From NCBI RefSeq assembly GCF_036321535.1, contig NC_087454.1, forward strand, positions 19,034,001-19,098,000: 64,000 nucleotides of DNA. Reading direction: 5' to 3'. Source of the DNA: Camelus dromedarius (taxonomy: Eukaryota). Within the stretch, counting starts at the first letter, position 1, and each line of letters begins with the position of its first letter. The notes beneath the pieces are model-generated. The model had not been told where the DNA came from, did no database searches, and was given only the letters and a program-made list of their open reading frames with translations. A program made the position numbers and the translations under genes. Shown piece by piece: positions 25,824 to 37,619 of the stretch.

Positions 25824-27200
25824 GCAGTTTTTTAAGAAGGAAGTTAATAGCAATAAATGCCTCCATCAAGAAACAAGAAAGATCCCAAGTAAACAATCTA
25901 ACTTTACACCTTGAGGAACTAGAAAAAAGAAGAACAAATGAAGCCAAGGTTAGTAGAAGAAAGGACATAACAAAGATCTTAGGAGGAATAAATGAAATAG
26001 ACACTAAAAGATCATAGGAAAGATGGATGAAACTAAAAGCTGGGGTTTTTAAGATAAGCAAAATTGACAAACCTTAGCTAGAATCATTAAAAAAAAAAAA
26101 GAGAGAGAGAGAGAGAAAGCAAATAAATAAAATTGGAAGCGAAAGGAGAAATGTTATAACTGATACCACAGAGATACAAAGGATCATAAGATACTATTAT
26201 GAACAATAGTATACCAAGAAATTGGACAACCTAGAAAGAAAGGATAAATTCCTCAAAACATACAACATATCAAAACTGAATCATAAAGAAATAGAAAATC
26301 TGAACAGGTCTATTACTAGCAAGGAGATTGAATCAGTCATAAAAACTCCCAACAAATAAGTCCAGGACAGGTAGCTTCACAGGTGAATTCTACCAAACTT
26401 TTAAAGAATTGATACTAATCTTTCTCAAACTGTAAAAAAATAAAAGAGAAGAAAATACTTCCAACTTCATTTTATGAGGCCAGCATTACTCTAACCAAAA
26501 CCAAAGAAACCACAAGAAAAGAAAATTACAAGCCAATATCCCTGATAAACAGAGATGCTAAAGTCTCCAAGAAAATATTAGCAAAGTGAACTCAGCAATT
26601 AATTAAAACGATCATATACTATGATCCAGTGGGATTTATTCCAGCAATGCAAGCATCGTTCAACATCCAGAAATCAGTCAATGTGATATACCACATTAAC
26701 AAAATGAAGGATACAAATCCTATAATGATCACAGTAAGTGCAGGAAAAGCATTTGACAAAATCCAAGACCCATTTATGATAAAAGGTCTCAACAAAGTGA
26801 CCATAGATGAAACGTATCTCAACATAATAAAGTCCTTTTACAACAAGCCCACAACTAATATCACACTCAACTGGGAAAAGCTGAAAGCGTTTCCTCTAAG
26901 ATCAGTAACAAGACATGGATGATCATTCTCGACATTTTTATTCCACATAGGATTCAAAGTCCTAGCAAGAGCAATTAGGCAAGAAAAAGAAGTAAAAGAC
27001 ATCCAAATCGGAAAGGAAGAAGTAAAACTGTCACTATTTGCAGATGACTTGACACTATATATCGAAAACCCTAAAGTCTCCACCAAAAATCTTTTAGAAC
27101 TAATAAAGGAATTCTGTAAAGTTGCAGGATACAAAATCAATATACAAAAACCTGTTGTGTTTCTATGCAGTAATAATGAACTATCAGAAAGCGAAATTAA
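25824..27200 (+). mobile_element. L1 ORF2 segment (endonuclease-RT region), decayed
   Basis: [53 protein letters not shown]. Confidence 0.9.
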
Positions 27201-29309
27201 NNNNNNNNNNNNNNNNNNNNNNNNNNNNNNNNNNNNNNNNNNNNNNNNNNNNNNNNNNNNNNNNNNNNNNNNNNNNNNNNNNNNNNNNNNNNNNNNNNNN
27301 NNNNNNNNNNNNNNNNNNNNNNNNNNNNNNNNNNNNNNNNNNNNNACGCTCTTGTTGTAATGATTGCTACGTGTCTTGAAAACATCTTATCTGATACACA
27401 GGCTTTTTCATATCTATGAAAATGTGTAAGAACATTAAAAAAACAAAGCAAACACTAAATCCAAGTGATGATAGTGCAAAGAAATTTCTCATATAAAAAA
27501 TGAAAAGTTCAAAACATGGAAAATTACAGTTTTCCAAGAAAATAACATTTATTAGCTCATTAAGGTCAAATAATATATTTATTTCTCTTTTATAACTTAC
27601 TGATCTGTAGAATGACTGAAATATATAAGGAACTCTATGAATGGTTATCAAATAAATTGATTATTAAATTATATCAATAGCAATGAGACAGAAAAAAAAT
27701 TGCATTACCTTTCATAAATGTACTAGGACATCTACAGTAATGAGAAAGGAGAAGAAATAAATGATTGAACCAGAGATATTATTACGATATTATTAAGAAA
27801 AAAATAAACATGGACATTTTCTCTGGCATGTTTTTGACAGGTCACCCTATACTTTTTGTAATTTAAAATCAGACTTCAAAACAACAGATTAATTGGTTAT
27901 ATGAAGAGCTCTTCCCTTTGGAAAGTCAAATATGCTTGGAGACTCAGGTCCTCGGAGACCTTAAAGAGACACCAAATCGAAGAGTACCTTCCTCACGAGG
28001 GATCCACTATGTAGAAAAAGGAGAAAATATGCAAGACATCAAATATCATCTGCCTTTTTCGCTGGTTATTTCTCTAAACAGAAAGACATCATTCAGACAG
28101 TATCTCCTGGGAAATGCCAAAGAGCCACTGAGGCGGGAAGAACCAAGGACTTTCAAACTACAAAGGGATAGCCGTGTGTGAGCTTGTATTTTCAATAAGC
28201 ATTCCTGAATATGGTTATATTTTTGCAAAGAATTTAGATGTATGCAGCTATTATATGTGTGGGTGTGCTTGTATTTTTACGTTAAATGTATTTTCTCACT
28301 CATTGTTATTTGTAATGGTATTCTTATGTGTATACAACACATAATTTATTTGTGACCTCAGATGAATCTAGAATCTGAAGATATTAGGCTATTTTTTTAA
28401 GCTTGTATCTAGAATGCAGTATGTTAGTGTGTGGACTTGTGAAGTTTATATATGTGATTTGTGGGTCTGCATGTGTTTTGGTAAAAGGGGATGAAGTTTG
28501 AGAGACTAAAATGCAGAAATAAGTGAACAAGAATCATCTTGTCATCTCCTTCTGAGGATCTTTTAGAACTAGAGAGATCCTCACTCCTTTGGATAACTGA
28601 ACTGTTTCACTGCCTATAGAGCTTGCAAGAGGTAATCTTCCCAATTTCTTCCCTCCTCTGAAAACCATGAAATGTATCTAGTGGCAAAATGATAGAAAAA
28701 AAGGAGAGAAGCTGAGTGGATCTGGTGACTGCAGAAAGAGCTGGAAAGGGAGGGAAAAGAGTTAAAAATTGTTTCAGAGAGGAGACAAGTTGAGAGGAAA
28801 AGAGGAAACGTGTGAGAGAAGGAAAGAAAAAGAAGGAAGAGGACTCAAGAGGGAAAGGGATGCGACAGAAAAGTCCCTCGGCTTGGAGTGGGGTTTGTCA
28901 TGCCCTGAATGCAGAACACATCTGACTTGAGTAGGAGAACTTCTGCTGAGAGGGAAAATTCTGTCCCCAGCCCTGTGGGAAGGATGGGAAAGGGAGAAAA
29001 GAGTGAAATGGGGCTAGAATGATCCAATCCTCACCCTTGCAGAAACTGACAGCAGGATTCAATGTGTTCCTGTGAGAGGTGGGAGGCGGAATCAGGTGAG
29101 GGAAGTGGGCTCGGAGCTGTGTTCACCCAGGGCTCCGAGACTGATGAGCTCAAGGCTGAGCTCAAAGGCCATGAGATTCTGAAAGAAAGGAAGTTCCGGT
29201 GCTTTCAACAGATGCAGAAAGAGGTCATCTTTGCCCACTTCTCTATCCCGTAATGGTAACTGTCCCTTGCCGTTTCTTTTCTCCACCGGGCAGAAGGGCT
29301 GTGGGCGGG

Positions 29310-30252
29310 ATGAGTGCAAACGCCTCCACGGTGCCTGAGTTCACTCTCGCGGGCTCCTCCCGCCGGGCTCAGCCCCAGGGCTTGCTCTTCTCCTTCTTTC
29401 TCGCGGCCTCCGTGCTCACCGTGGCTGGCAACCTGCTCGTCGTGGCGCTGGTCTCAGCGGCCGCTGCCCTCCAGTCCCCCGTGTACTTCTTCCTGCGGAC
29501 CCCCTCGGCCCTGGAGATTAGCTACACGTCTGTCACCCTGCCCCTGCTGCTTCACCAGCTCCGCACCGGTCAGCGCCACATCCCTCGCTCTGGCTGTGCT
29601 CTCCAGATGTTCTTCTTTCTCTTTGTCGGTGCCACAGAGTGTTGCCTCCTGGCTGCCATGGCCTATGACCGCTATGCAGCCATATGCGCACCCCTCCGTT
29701 ACCCTCTGCTGCTGAGCCGTCGGAAGTGCCTGGGGCTGGCCGGCTCAGCGTGGGCCTGCGGAGCTATGGTGGGCCCGGGCCACACTTCCTTCATCTTCTC
29801 CTTGCCCTGCTGTGGCCCCAACACCATCCCGCACTTCTTATGTGAGATCCAGCCCGTGCTGCAGCTGGTATGCATGCGGAGACACCTCCCTCAATGAACT
29901 GCAGGTTATCCTGGCCGCTGCGCTCCTCATCCTCTGCCCCTTCGGTCTCATCCTGGGCTCCTACAGGCGCATCCTGGCTACTGTCTCCCGGATCCCTTCT
30001 GCTGCTGGCCGCCGCAAGGCCTTCTCCACCTGCTCCTCACACCTGGTGGTGGTCTCCGTCTTCTACGGCACTGCCGTCTTTACCTACATTCGCCCCAAGG
30101 CCGGCTACGATCCCGCCACTGACCCTCTGGTCTCCCTCTTCTATGCCGTTGTCACCCCCATCCTCAATCCCATCATCTATAGCCTATGGAACACTGATGT
30201 CAAGGCTGCCCTAAGGAGAACCATCCAGAAGATGGGCCCAGCGAAGATTTGA
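29310..30252 (+). pseudogene. OR10C1: OR10C1 with a 4-bp frameshifting duplication
   Basis: MSANAS...SGCALQMFFFLF..ATECCLLAAMAYDRY...EIQPVLQLVC|GDTSLNELQ...YDPATDPLVSLFYAVVTP matches OR10C1. ATGCATGC at 29870-29877; the length is 943 = 939 + 4. Confidence 0.9.
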
Positions 30253-30404
30253 CAAAGGATGATGACTCCTACTACTAGCCAGCTGTAAATCACAGATCAA
30301 AGGGAGAGGAGGCCTGGTCTCACCTGGGGAGAGCGCAGCCTGTCAAAAAGACCAAGTTACCTTCGAAGAACCACTGGAGTCAAACCCGTCCTCAGACTCT
30401 GTCA

Positions 30405-30411
30405 ACACACA

Positions 30412-30452
<41 letters not shown>
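30405..30452. repeat. (CA)n microsatellite
   Basis: Direct observation. Confidence 0.95.
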
Positions 30453-30600
30453 TGTTCCGCCTTCTATTGTAAGAAACAAGAAAAATTCAGGATGGAGTAT
30501 CAACTTAACAAGCAGAACAAGTTTGCAACTCAGGAAAAGTTACAAAATGTAACCAACAGACTAGCAAGATAATAAAATTTCCAGCCAGAGTAATGATTCT

Positions 30601-31484
30601 TTTTTTTTTTTTAACACTTTTTTTATTGATGTATAATCATTTTACAATGTTGTGTCAAATTCCAGTGTAGAGCACAATTTTTCAGTTATACATGAACATG
30701 TATATATTCATTGTCACATTTTTTTCTCTATGAGCTACCATAAGAGCTTGTAGATATTTCCCTGTGCTATACAGTATAATCTTGTTTATCTATTCTATTC
30801 TACAATTATCTTATCTATTCTACAATTTTGAAATCCCAGTCTATCTCTTCCCACCCCCCCTCCCCCTTGGCAACCACAAGTTTGTATTCTATGTCTGTGA
30901 GTCTATTTCTGTTTTGTATTTATGCTTTGTTTTTGTGGCTTTTTTGTTTGTTTGTTTTTTGTTTTTTGTTTTTTAGATTCCACATATGAGCGATCTCATA
31001 TGGTATTTTTCTTTCTCTTTCTGGCTTACTTCACTTAGAATGACATTCTCCAGGAGCATCCATGTTGCAGCAAATGGCGTTATGTTGTCATTTTTATGGC
31101 TGAGTGGTATTTCACTGTATAAATATACCACATCTTCTTTATCCAGTTATCTGTCGATGAACATTTAGGCTGTTTCCATGTCTTGTCTGTTGTAAATAGT
31201 GGTGCTATGAACATTGGGGTGCAGGTGTCATCCTGAAGTAGGGTTCCTTCTGGATATATGCCCAGAAGTGGGATTCCTGGGTCATACGGTAAGTCTATTC
31301 CTAGTCTTTTGAGGAATCTCCATACTGTTTTCCACAGTGGCTGCACCAAACTGCATTCCCACCAGCAGTCAAGGAGGGTTCCCTTTTCTCCACAACCTCT
31401 CCAGCATTTGTCATTTGTGGATTTTTGAATGATGGCCATTCTGACTGTGAGGTGATAACCTCATTGTAGTTTTGATTCGCATTT
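30601..31484 (-). mobile_element. Relatively young 5'-truncated L1 with 15-bp target-site duplication
   Basis: PolyT head, L1 3' UTR and ORF2 end ([20 protein letters not shown]). CAGAGTAATGATTCT is at 30586-30600 and 31485-31499. Confidence 0.92.
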
Positions 31485-31809
31485 CAGAGTAATGATTCTT
31501 AAAGTTATTTGATATACATCCTAGGTAAGGCATTTATTTATTTATATAATAGCACACTTAATTATACTTAATTAAATCTATCACTAGGTGAAAAGAAAAA
31601 CCTTAAAAAGTGAGGAGAAGTGATTAAGTTTCAATAAATGTAAGTTTATACTGTATATAAAATAGGTGAACAGCAAGGTCCTGCTGTATAGCACAGGGAA
31701 ATATATTCAATACCCTGTAATAAACCATAGTTCTGCTGTAAGCCAGAAACTAACACAACATTGTAAATCAACTATACTTCAATAATTTTTTTTAATGTAA
31801 GTTTATATG

Positions 31810-31990
31810 GGAATCAGTATGACACAGAGGTTAAGAGATTAGATTATAATGTCAGACTTCAATTCAAAGTTCTAATTCTTCCAGCTGATTAGCTAGCTGT
31901 GTGAGCACAGGAGAATTATATAATCTCTCTGAGCCTTAACTTATTTACCCATAAATTTGGCATCATAATAGAATCTATTTCTTTGGAGTT
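31810..31990 (+). mobile_element. MIR fragment
   Basis: ...ctctctgagcctta...catcataatagaatctatttct...gttttgtgaggattta, resembling the MIR core. Confidence 0.55.
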
Positions 31991-32379
31991 TTGTGAGGAT
32001 TTACAGACTTGCAAATAACCAAGCTTAATTACTCATACAAAATAATCCAGATAAACAACGGAAATGTGGGCTGTTTCCAGTTTTATTATTACAAGATAAG
32101 CTGCTATAAACATTTGTGTGCAAGCCTTTTAATGTTTCATTTCTCCTGGGTTAATATTTGGATGTGGACAGGTGTATCCTATGAAAAATGTATATTTAAC
32201 TTTTTAAGAAACTAGGTAATCACTTTGCCCTGTTTGTACAACAACTAGTAAACTAGTCAAATATGTAACTCATTTCCAGGAAATGTACATGCTCTCACAG
32301 TGTACTTTTGAAATACTCATCTGGTATGTGACTTCACCATAACTTTTCTTTTTTCTTTTTCTTTTTTCTTTGTTTTTAC

Positions 32380-32640
32380 CTCTTTTTTATTGCAATATAG
32401 TCAGTTGACAATGTTGTGTCAATTTCTAGTGTACAGCATGTTCAGTCATACAGATACATGCATATATTCCTTTTCATATTCTTTTTCATTATAGGTTACT
32501 ACAAGATATTGAATATATTTCCCTGTGCTATACAGAAGAAACTTATTGTATATCAATTTTATACATAGTAGCAAGATTTGCAGATACTAACTACTATATA
32601 TAAAATAGATACACAAGTTTCTTCTGTATAGCACTGTATT
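32380..32640 (-). mobile_element. L1 3' end fragments
   Basis: ttttattgcaatatagtcagttgacaatgttgtgtcaatttctagtgtacagc...ccctgtgctatacagaag. Confidence 0.7.
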
Positions 32641-34157
32641 TTTCTTATTCTACCGTTTTCTTTGTCCAATCTACTTCATCTTTATTTTCTGCATACTGTG
32701 TAAAACTTCTTAGAACCTAGAACAAGGCTAGAGTTATAAGCATCCAAAAACAACAGGGGGTGGAAGTTGAAAGGAAAAGCCTGGATTAAGACTGAAGCCC
32801 TGAGTTAACATCTCCCCTCTGCTACTAAAGACTTATATTACCTGGCACAAACTCCTTTCATCATTACTCTGGTTTCCAATTTCATCTCCAATAAACAGTA
32901 GAGCTGAACCAAATGAGCATTAGGTCAGGCTTGAGCTCCACTATTCCATGCCTATTTCCCCAAGGACTTTCTGCTGCTTGTGGCTGATTCTCCCATAAAG
33001 AACCAAAAGCATCATGATGAATGTTCCCTCCTCACCATTGCTACCAAAGGATCTTGAACTAAGCTAATCCTGACCAAACATAAGAATGTTCACTTTGTTG
33101 CCATGGCAAATACTGGTCAAAATAGCTAGCAAGTTTCTAAATTCAGAACTACGACCCGAGATCTAAAAGAAGTCAAGCAGACAGGTTTCTGTTTATTTTA
33201 TTCACATAGAGATTTCCAGCAGAGAGCAGACATGTGTGTGCTCATGAGAGAAGGAAAAAACACAGGGAGGAGCCAGTTGTTGGAGCAATCTTTGAGTGGC
33301 CATTGTCCAACTTCGCCCAGGGTTGAGGAACCAAGAAACCAAATGACACCTGCTTCCAAAATCCAGTGTGCTTTCTGCCCCACTTCTCTTTCTGATAGAT
33401 GCTCACCCTATCTGAGAGTTGTATCTAAGCAACCAGCATCTCATCTAGAAAATAGCGTCTAAGATGCAGTGTCTCACACAGGGCCATCAGCTCCGTGTCT
33501 GGGTGAGATCTCCCAAAGAAGGGAAAGGCTCTTAACCATCTATGGAGTTATTTGAAAGCAGTCCCAATATCATGGTGGGTTTTCAAACTAGGCACAAGAT
33601 GAAAAATTAATACAACTGCCTGACAAGGTGCCTGAAACTGCACCCTTAAACATTCATAAAAGGCCTTCCCTTTTGATCATGGATAATGTTTCAAATCAGG
33701 AATTTCTGAAAAGGTACATCACCTGCACCATTTATCATTTACAGCTTAAAGGAGAGTTCTAGGAGCAAGATGCCACAGGATTTGGAACCCAGACAGGTGG
33801 AGAGGCCAAAGCAAAAAGGGTCTTGAATGGTGGAAAGGTGGCTAAAGTCGACTTTGTCCATGTCTCTGTAGGGCCCCAGTCAACAATGCAGCTTCTCTTG
33901 GGTAACCTATACCTCATCTGGGCTCTCATTTCCCAGCACTTCTCAGCTTTTCCTGATGACCTAATGAGGCAACAGACAATTTTATAGAGTGCCCCCTTGT
34001 GGTCAGGGACGTGGAACAGACTACCCTCCTCTCTTTCCAACACAGTTTGCACAGACTGGAACACCCTGATCGCCTATTATGTGGAATACGGTGGGAATCT
34101 GGAGTGGTGGAGCCACCACAGGAACTCAAAACTATTGGTTTATCGTTTCATAAGAAA

Positions 34158-34290
34158 AGTGGTTCTCAAAATGCTGTCCTCCAACCAGCAGCAACAGCAT
34201 CACACATGAATTCAGTAATGTAAATTCCCAGACCTACTTAATCAGAAATTCTGTGATTTTTAAAAAACCAGCTTAAAGTTTCAAACTACT
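34158..34290. mobile_element. MER5A-like hAT fragment
   Basis: agtggttctcaaa...ccagcagcaacagcatcac...cccagacctacttaatcagaaattctg. Confidence 0.55.
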
Positions 34291-34757
34291 CCCCTAGACT
34301 TTAGCTCAAGGGATAGTGGCTACAATACTTCAGGACCAAGGCTTGTCCTCCAGAATACTGGAGACGATGCAGTTCCCCAACTTGCATCCTGACACACCAA
34401 TCCTGACATCCTGACATTTTAACTGTGACCAGCACCGTATCAAGGTCGCTAAAGGGAAAGGGCTCTGTTCGGAACATGGTAGGCTCCTGAAAAGTTTAGG
34501 AGAATTAAAAAGCCAAAATGAAAGTATTTGTAAACAATATCTTTAAACCAGTTCCCAAAGACAGCACAGGAAAGTGGGGCTGTTCCAAATAATTCACCTA
34601 GAAAGAGAAATGCTGGCTTCCCACCAACCACAAGTTTAAAAATAACTTCCTTCTTCCAGTGAGAAGGTGGCACATTGAAGGGAAGAGCTGGTGCACAAGA
34701 AAACACACGGGAATCCCCAACCTCCACGAGGTGCTTCGAGTGGATTTTGGTAATAAC

Positions 34758-35256
34758 TGTTGTGGGCACACATACGGTGACAGTGACACGTGGGTTGGTA
34801 AAGAATTACCAGAGCTCGAGAAGAGTTTAATAGGGATGCTGCTACAGGTAACAGTGGGCCACACGGATGAGAGGTGCCTTTGTGAGCGTGGGGGATGGGC
34901 ATGCAGGGTCCTTTATTGGGGGGAGGGGGTTGTGCACAAAGGAGTAAGGGCTGCATGATAAATTCATGCCCAGGTACCTGATTGGTTGTCAGATCTGTCA
35001 GGGACTTCTCTGAACAATAGGTTTTCAGACTTTGATAAGGGCAGTATGAGGCCTGTCTGCCTAGTGTATTGTGAGACGGGCTATCTCCTGGGGCGATGGG
35101 TTTTGTTAGGAGGAGATGATTTTTACCTTGAAGAAATGCAGGTATGCAAAGGCTCTTGCAGTGGGGAGTAGGGGTTAAAGTGTCAATAGGCCCCAGGCAC
35201 ACGGAGAGCCCAGGGAGGGGGTTTCATGACTCCAGAGAGTGCCAGTTGGCTCCACA
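34758..35256 (-). mobile_element. Solo LTR #1 with 5-bp TSD ATAAC
   Basis: The minus strand starts TGTGGAGCC and ends CCCACAACA, with CCAATCAG, a TATA-like AATAAAGG and polyA-like ATTAAA. ATAAC flanks at 34753-34757 and 35257-35261. Confidence 0.8.
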
Positions 35257-35326
35257 ATAACATTCGCCTCCAGAAAGACTGATTTTCCAGGCGGGGGACT
35301 GAGCAAAGAATGGTATTTCCACCCAT

Positions 35327-35642
35327 TGAGAAGGAAAAGCCAGGCTGGAATAACTTGTAAATCTAAGTTTAATAAGTGTCAGTAACTGATCTGTTCTTAC
35401 TAGATAAGTTCCGGTTTACTGATTCCCTGCTTCTGCCTTTGTGATACTGCTGAGCTGTTTGTACCCTATTGGCCAATATACCCCAAGCTTGTAATCTACC
35501 TTATAAAACCTCACGCACACGTCTTAGAGGTGCTCAGAGCCCCAGAGCGATAGTCCCTCTGAGCCCGCAGGTGTAATAAACCTGAGTACTCCAACCCTCT
35601 GAGTGGTGCTTGTTTCTTGGCTGGCCTGTCGTTTCCATAACA
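35327..35642 (+). mobile_element. Solo LTR #2 (ERV1-type) with 4-bp TSD CCAT
   Basis: TGAGAAGG...TTCCATAACA termini, with CCAAT, TATAAAA and AATAAA. CCAT at 35323-35326 and 35643-35646. Confidence 0.88.
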
Positions 35643-35648
35643 CCATAA

Positions 35649-36277
35649 TGAGATAGGAGGGAAGGGTGCAGGGCACAGCCATTCAAGGCATGCCGCAGCA
35701 ATTAATATCAAAATGGTGGAAGATTCAACCCCCAATAGGCTTTGAGGCTCAGGATGCTGAGAGATTTAACTTCTAGCAGACTTTGAGCTTCATTATATGC
35801 CCACTGTAATATATTAACATGGTGAATAACACACCCACAGGTACCAGGGCAGTCCCAAAGCTAGCCACAAAAGGTCAAAGAGTGGGAAATGGCCAACTTC
35901 CTGGGAATCCCAGCCCCTCCCCCAGGCTACTTAGACTGGTCCTTCCACTTATTAGCATATGAAGCCACTAAGCCCATAAAAACCAGCAACACGATGCCTC
36001 GCGGCCGCCTCTCTTTCTCCCTCTTCAGAGACAGCCCGCACTCTGTGGAATGTGTACGTACTTTTAGTCTGAGCACCCAACCCCCACACCTTGTGGCCTT
36101 TCTCTTACTTTTCAATGTATCTCTCTGAATAAATCTACCTTTACTCAGCTGTGGCTCGCTCTTGAATTCTTTCCTGCATGAAGCCAAGGACCCACACTTG
36201 GTGGGGCATGTTCCAGGGGCTTAACCGAAGCCTGGGACACAGCCCTCCTCACGCCCCACATCTGTTTTCCTGCATCA
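35649..36277 (+). mobile_element. Solo LTR #3, MER41-like (ERV1)
   Basis: TGAGATAGG...CCTGCATCA termini. Colinear with MER41 as recalled (TTAGCATAT...CCATAAAAA; AATAAA...ACTC...GAATTCTTTCCTGC). Flanks ATAA/GTAA are a 4-bp TSD with one transition. Confidence 0.75.
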
Positions 36278-36662
36278 GTAACACATCACTTCTGACACCA
36301 CTTCAACCAGGAAATACGAAGTGCTAAGATGAAGTTGGGCCACTAACACCCTCCACCCCCATCACCTTTATGTTGAACTTCTACCCCAACTTTTGAGTTT
36401 TGAGTTCTGTGAAAGACAAAATGTGTTGTTTTTGTTTTTGTTTTTGTTTTTGTTTTATTGATTTATAATCATTTTACAATGTTGTGTCAAATTCTAGTGT
36501 AGAGCATGATTTTTCAGTTTGTTGTTTGTTTTTTAATTTTCTAACTACCCAAACTCCCACCACATCCTGCCCTATGTAAAACCTGAGCAGGAAATCACAC
36601 CACTGAGCAAAGGCCAAGTACAGTTCTAAAGAAAATCCCATCCCCCAACCCACCGAAGCTCA

Positions 36663-37114
36663 TGTGAAGGAAAAGCTGGGTTGGTCTAACAAGATAACTC
36701 ACAGGTCTAGGAATGTGAAGGAGAGGCTGGGCTGGGCTAACAAGTCTAAATATTGGAATACTGATCTGAGTTCTGCTGGACTAACTTATAAATCTAAGTT
36801 AATTAGTGTTGGTTTGCTGTTTATGTTTTTTGCTAGCCAGCTGGATTTTCAAAGATACATATCTGGCTTTGGAATGTTGGTTTGCTGCCTCCCCGCCTCC
36901 ACTTTTGTGATGATAATGCTGCTAAAGCTGTTCCATGCCTATTGGCCAAATACCCCAAGCTTGTACTTTACCCTATAAAACCTCATGTGCACATCTTGAA
37001 GGTGCTCAGAGCTTTGGAGCAGAAGCCCCTCTGAGCCCACCGGCGTAATACATCTGAGTACTCCAACCCTCCGAGTGGTGCTTGTTTCTTGACTGGCCTG
37101 TCGTTTCCGTAACA
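36663..37114 (+). mobile_element. Solo LTR #4, same family as #2, 4-bp TSD CTCA
   Basis: TGTGAAGG...TTCCGTAACA termini. The 3' half is nearly identical to LTR #2, and the U3 motif is duplicated at 36663 and about 36713. CTCA at 36659-36662 and 37115-37118. Confidence 0.88.
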
Positions 37115-37619
37115 CTCAGAACTTCCTGGCATCTCAATCGAACACTGAGGATTTGGGTGGAAGGAGAAGAGAGAAGTTGATGGGCTGATGCAAATGAGGA
37201 CACTTGAGCTGCAGGGCTCAGAAGGTCATTTGGGGGTGGAAACCTAAGAAGGGACCACTTCAGAAGGGGGCTACCTCCTCCTCCCTCTTTAATGTCTCCC
37301 AGGAAGTAGACCAGATGGGCTCCAATGAGTCACTAAGGAGTGGGAGTGAAAACCTTAGAAAATAAGATAAGGGAAGTTAGATGAGGAAACTCTACAGAGA
37401 GGTTTTACTGGATCCCCCACCACCTGCCATACTCTCGCTTCATATGTCCTGCTCCCAGATCATTCCCTGGGGACCCAGGGACCTAGAGATTAGCTGTCTG
37501 ACACTCTCTCGGATTTCCCACACTTCTTGGGAGAAGCCTGGGGGAGACTCTGAAGAGGCAGGAAGAACAGAAGCCTGATTAGAAACCCGGCAATCCCAGG
37601 GATTTGCCTGAGAGCGACA

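Noticed and set aside
29199-29309. N-terminal extension of OR10C1
   Set aside because: No OR similarity; a pyrimidine-rich acceptor near 29293 suggests the sequence is intronic, and the orthologous start is ATG 29310.
33198-33383. Possible MAS1L/MRGPR fragment (PVFFPS...HMSALCW)
   Set aside because: The resemblance covers only a few residues, and no other GPCR motifs lie in register.
35327-37114. LTR #2 and LTR #4 as the two ends of one provirus
   Set aside because: Each has its own distinct TSD (CCAT versus CTCA), and no PBS or gag/pol lies between them.
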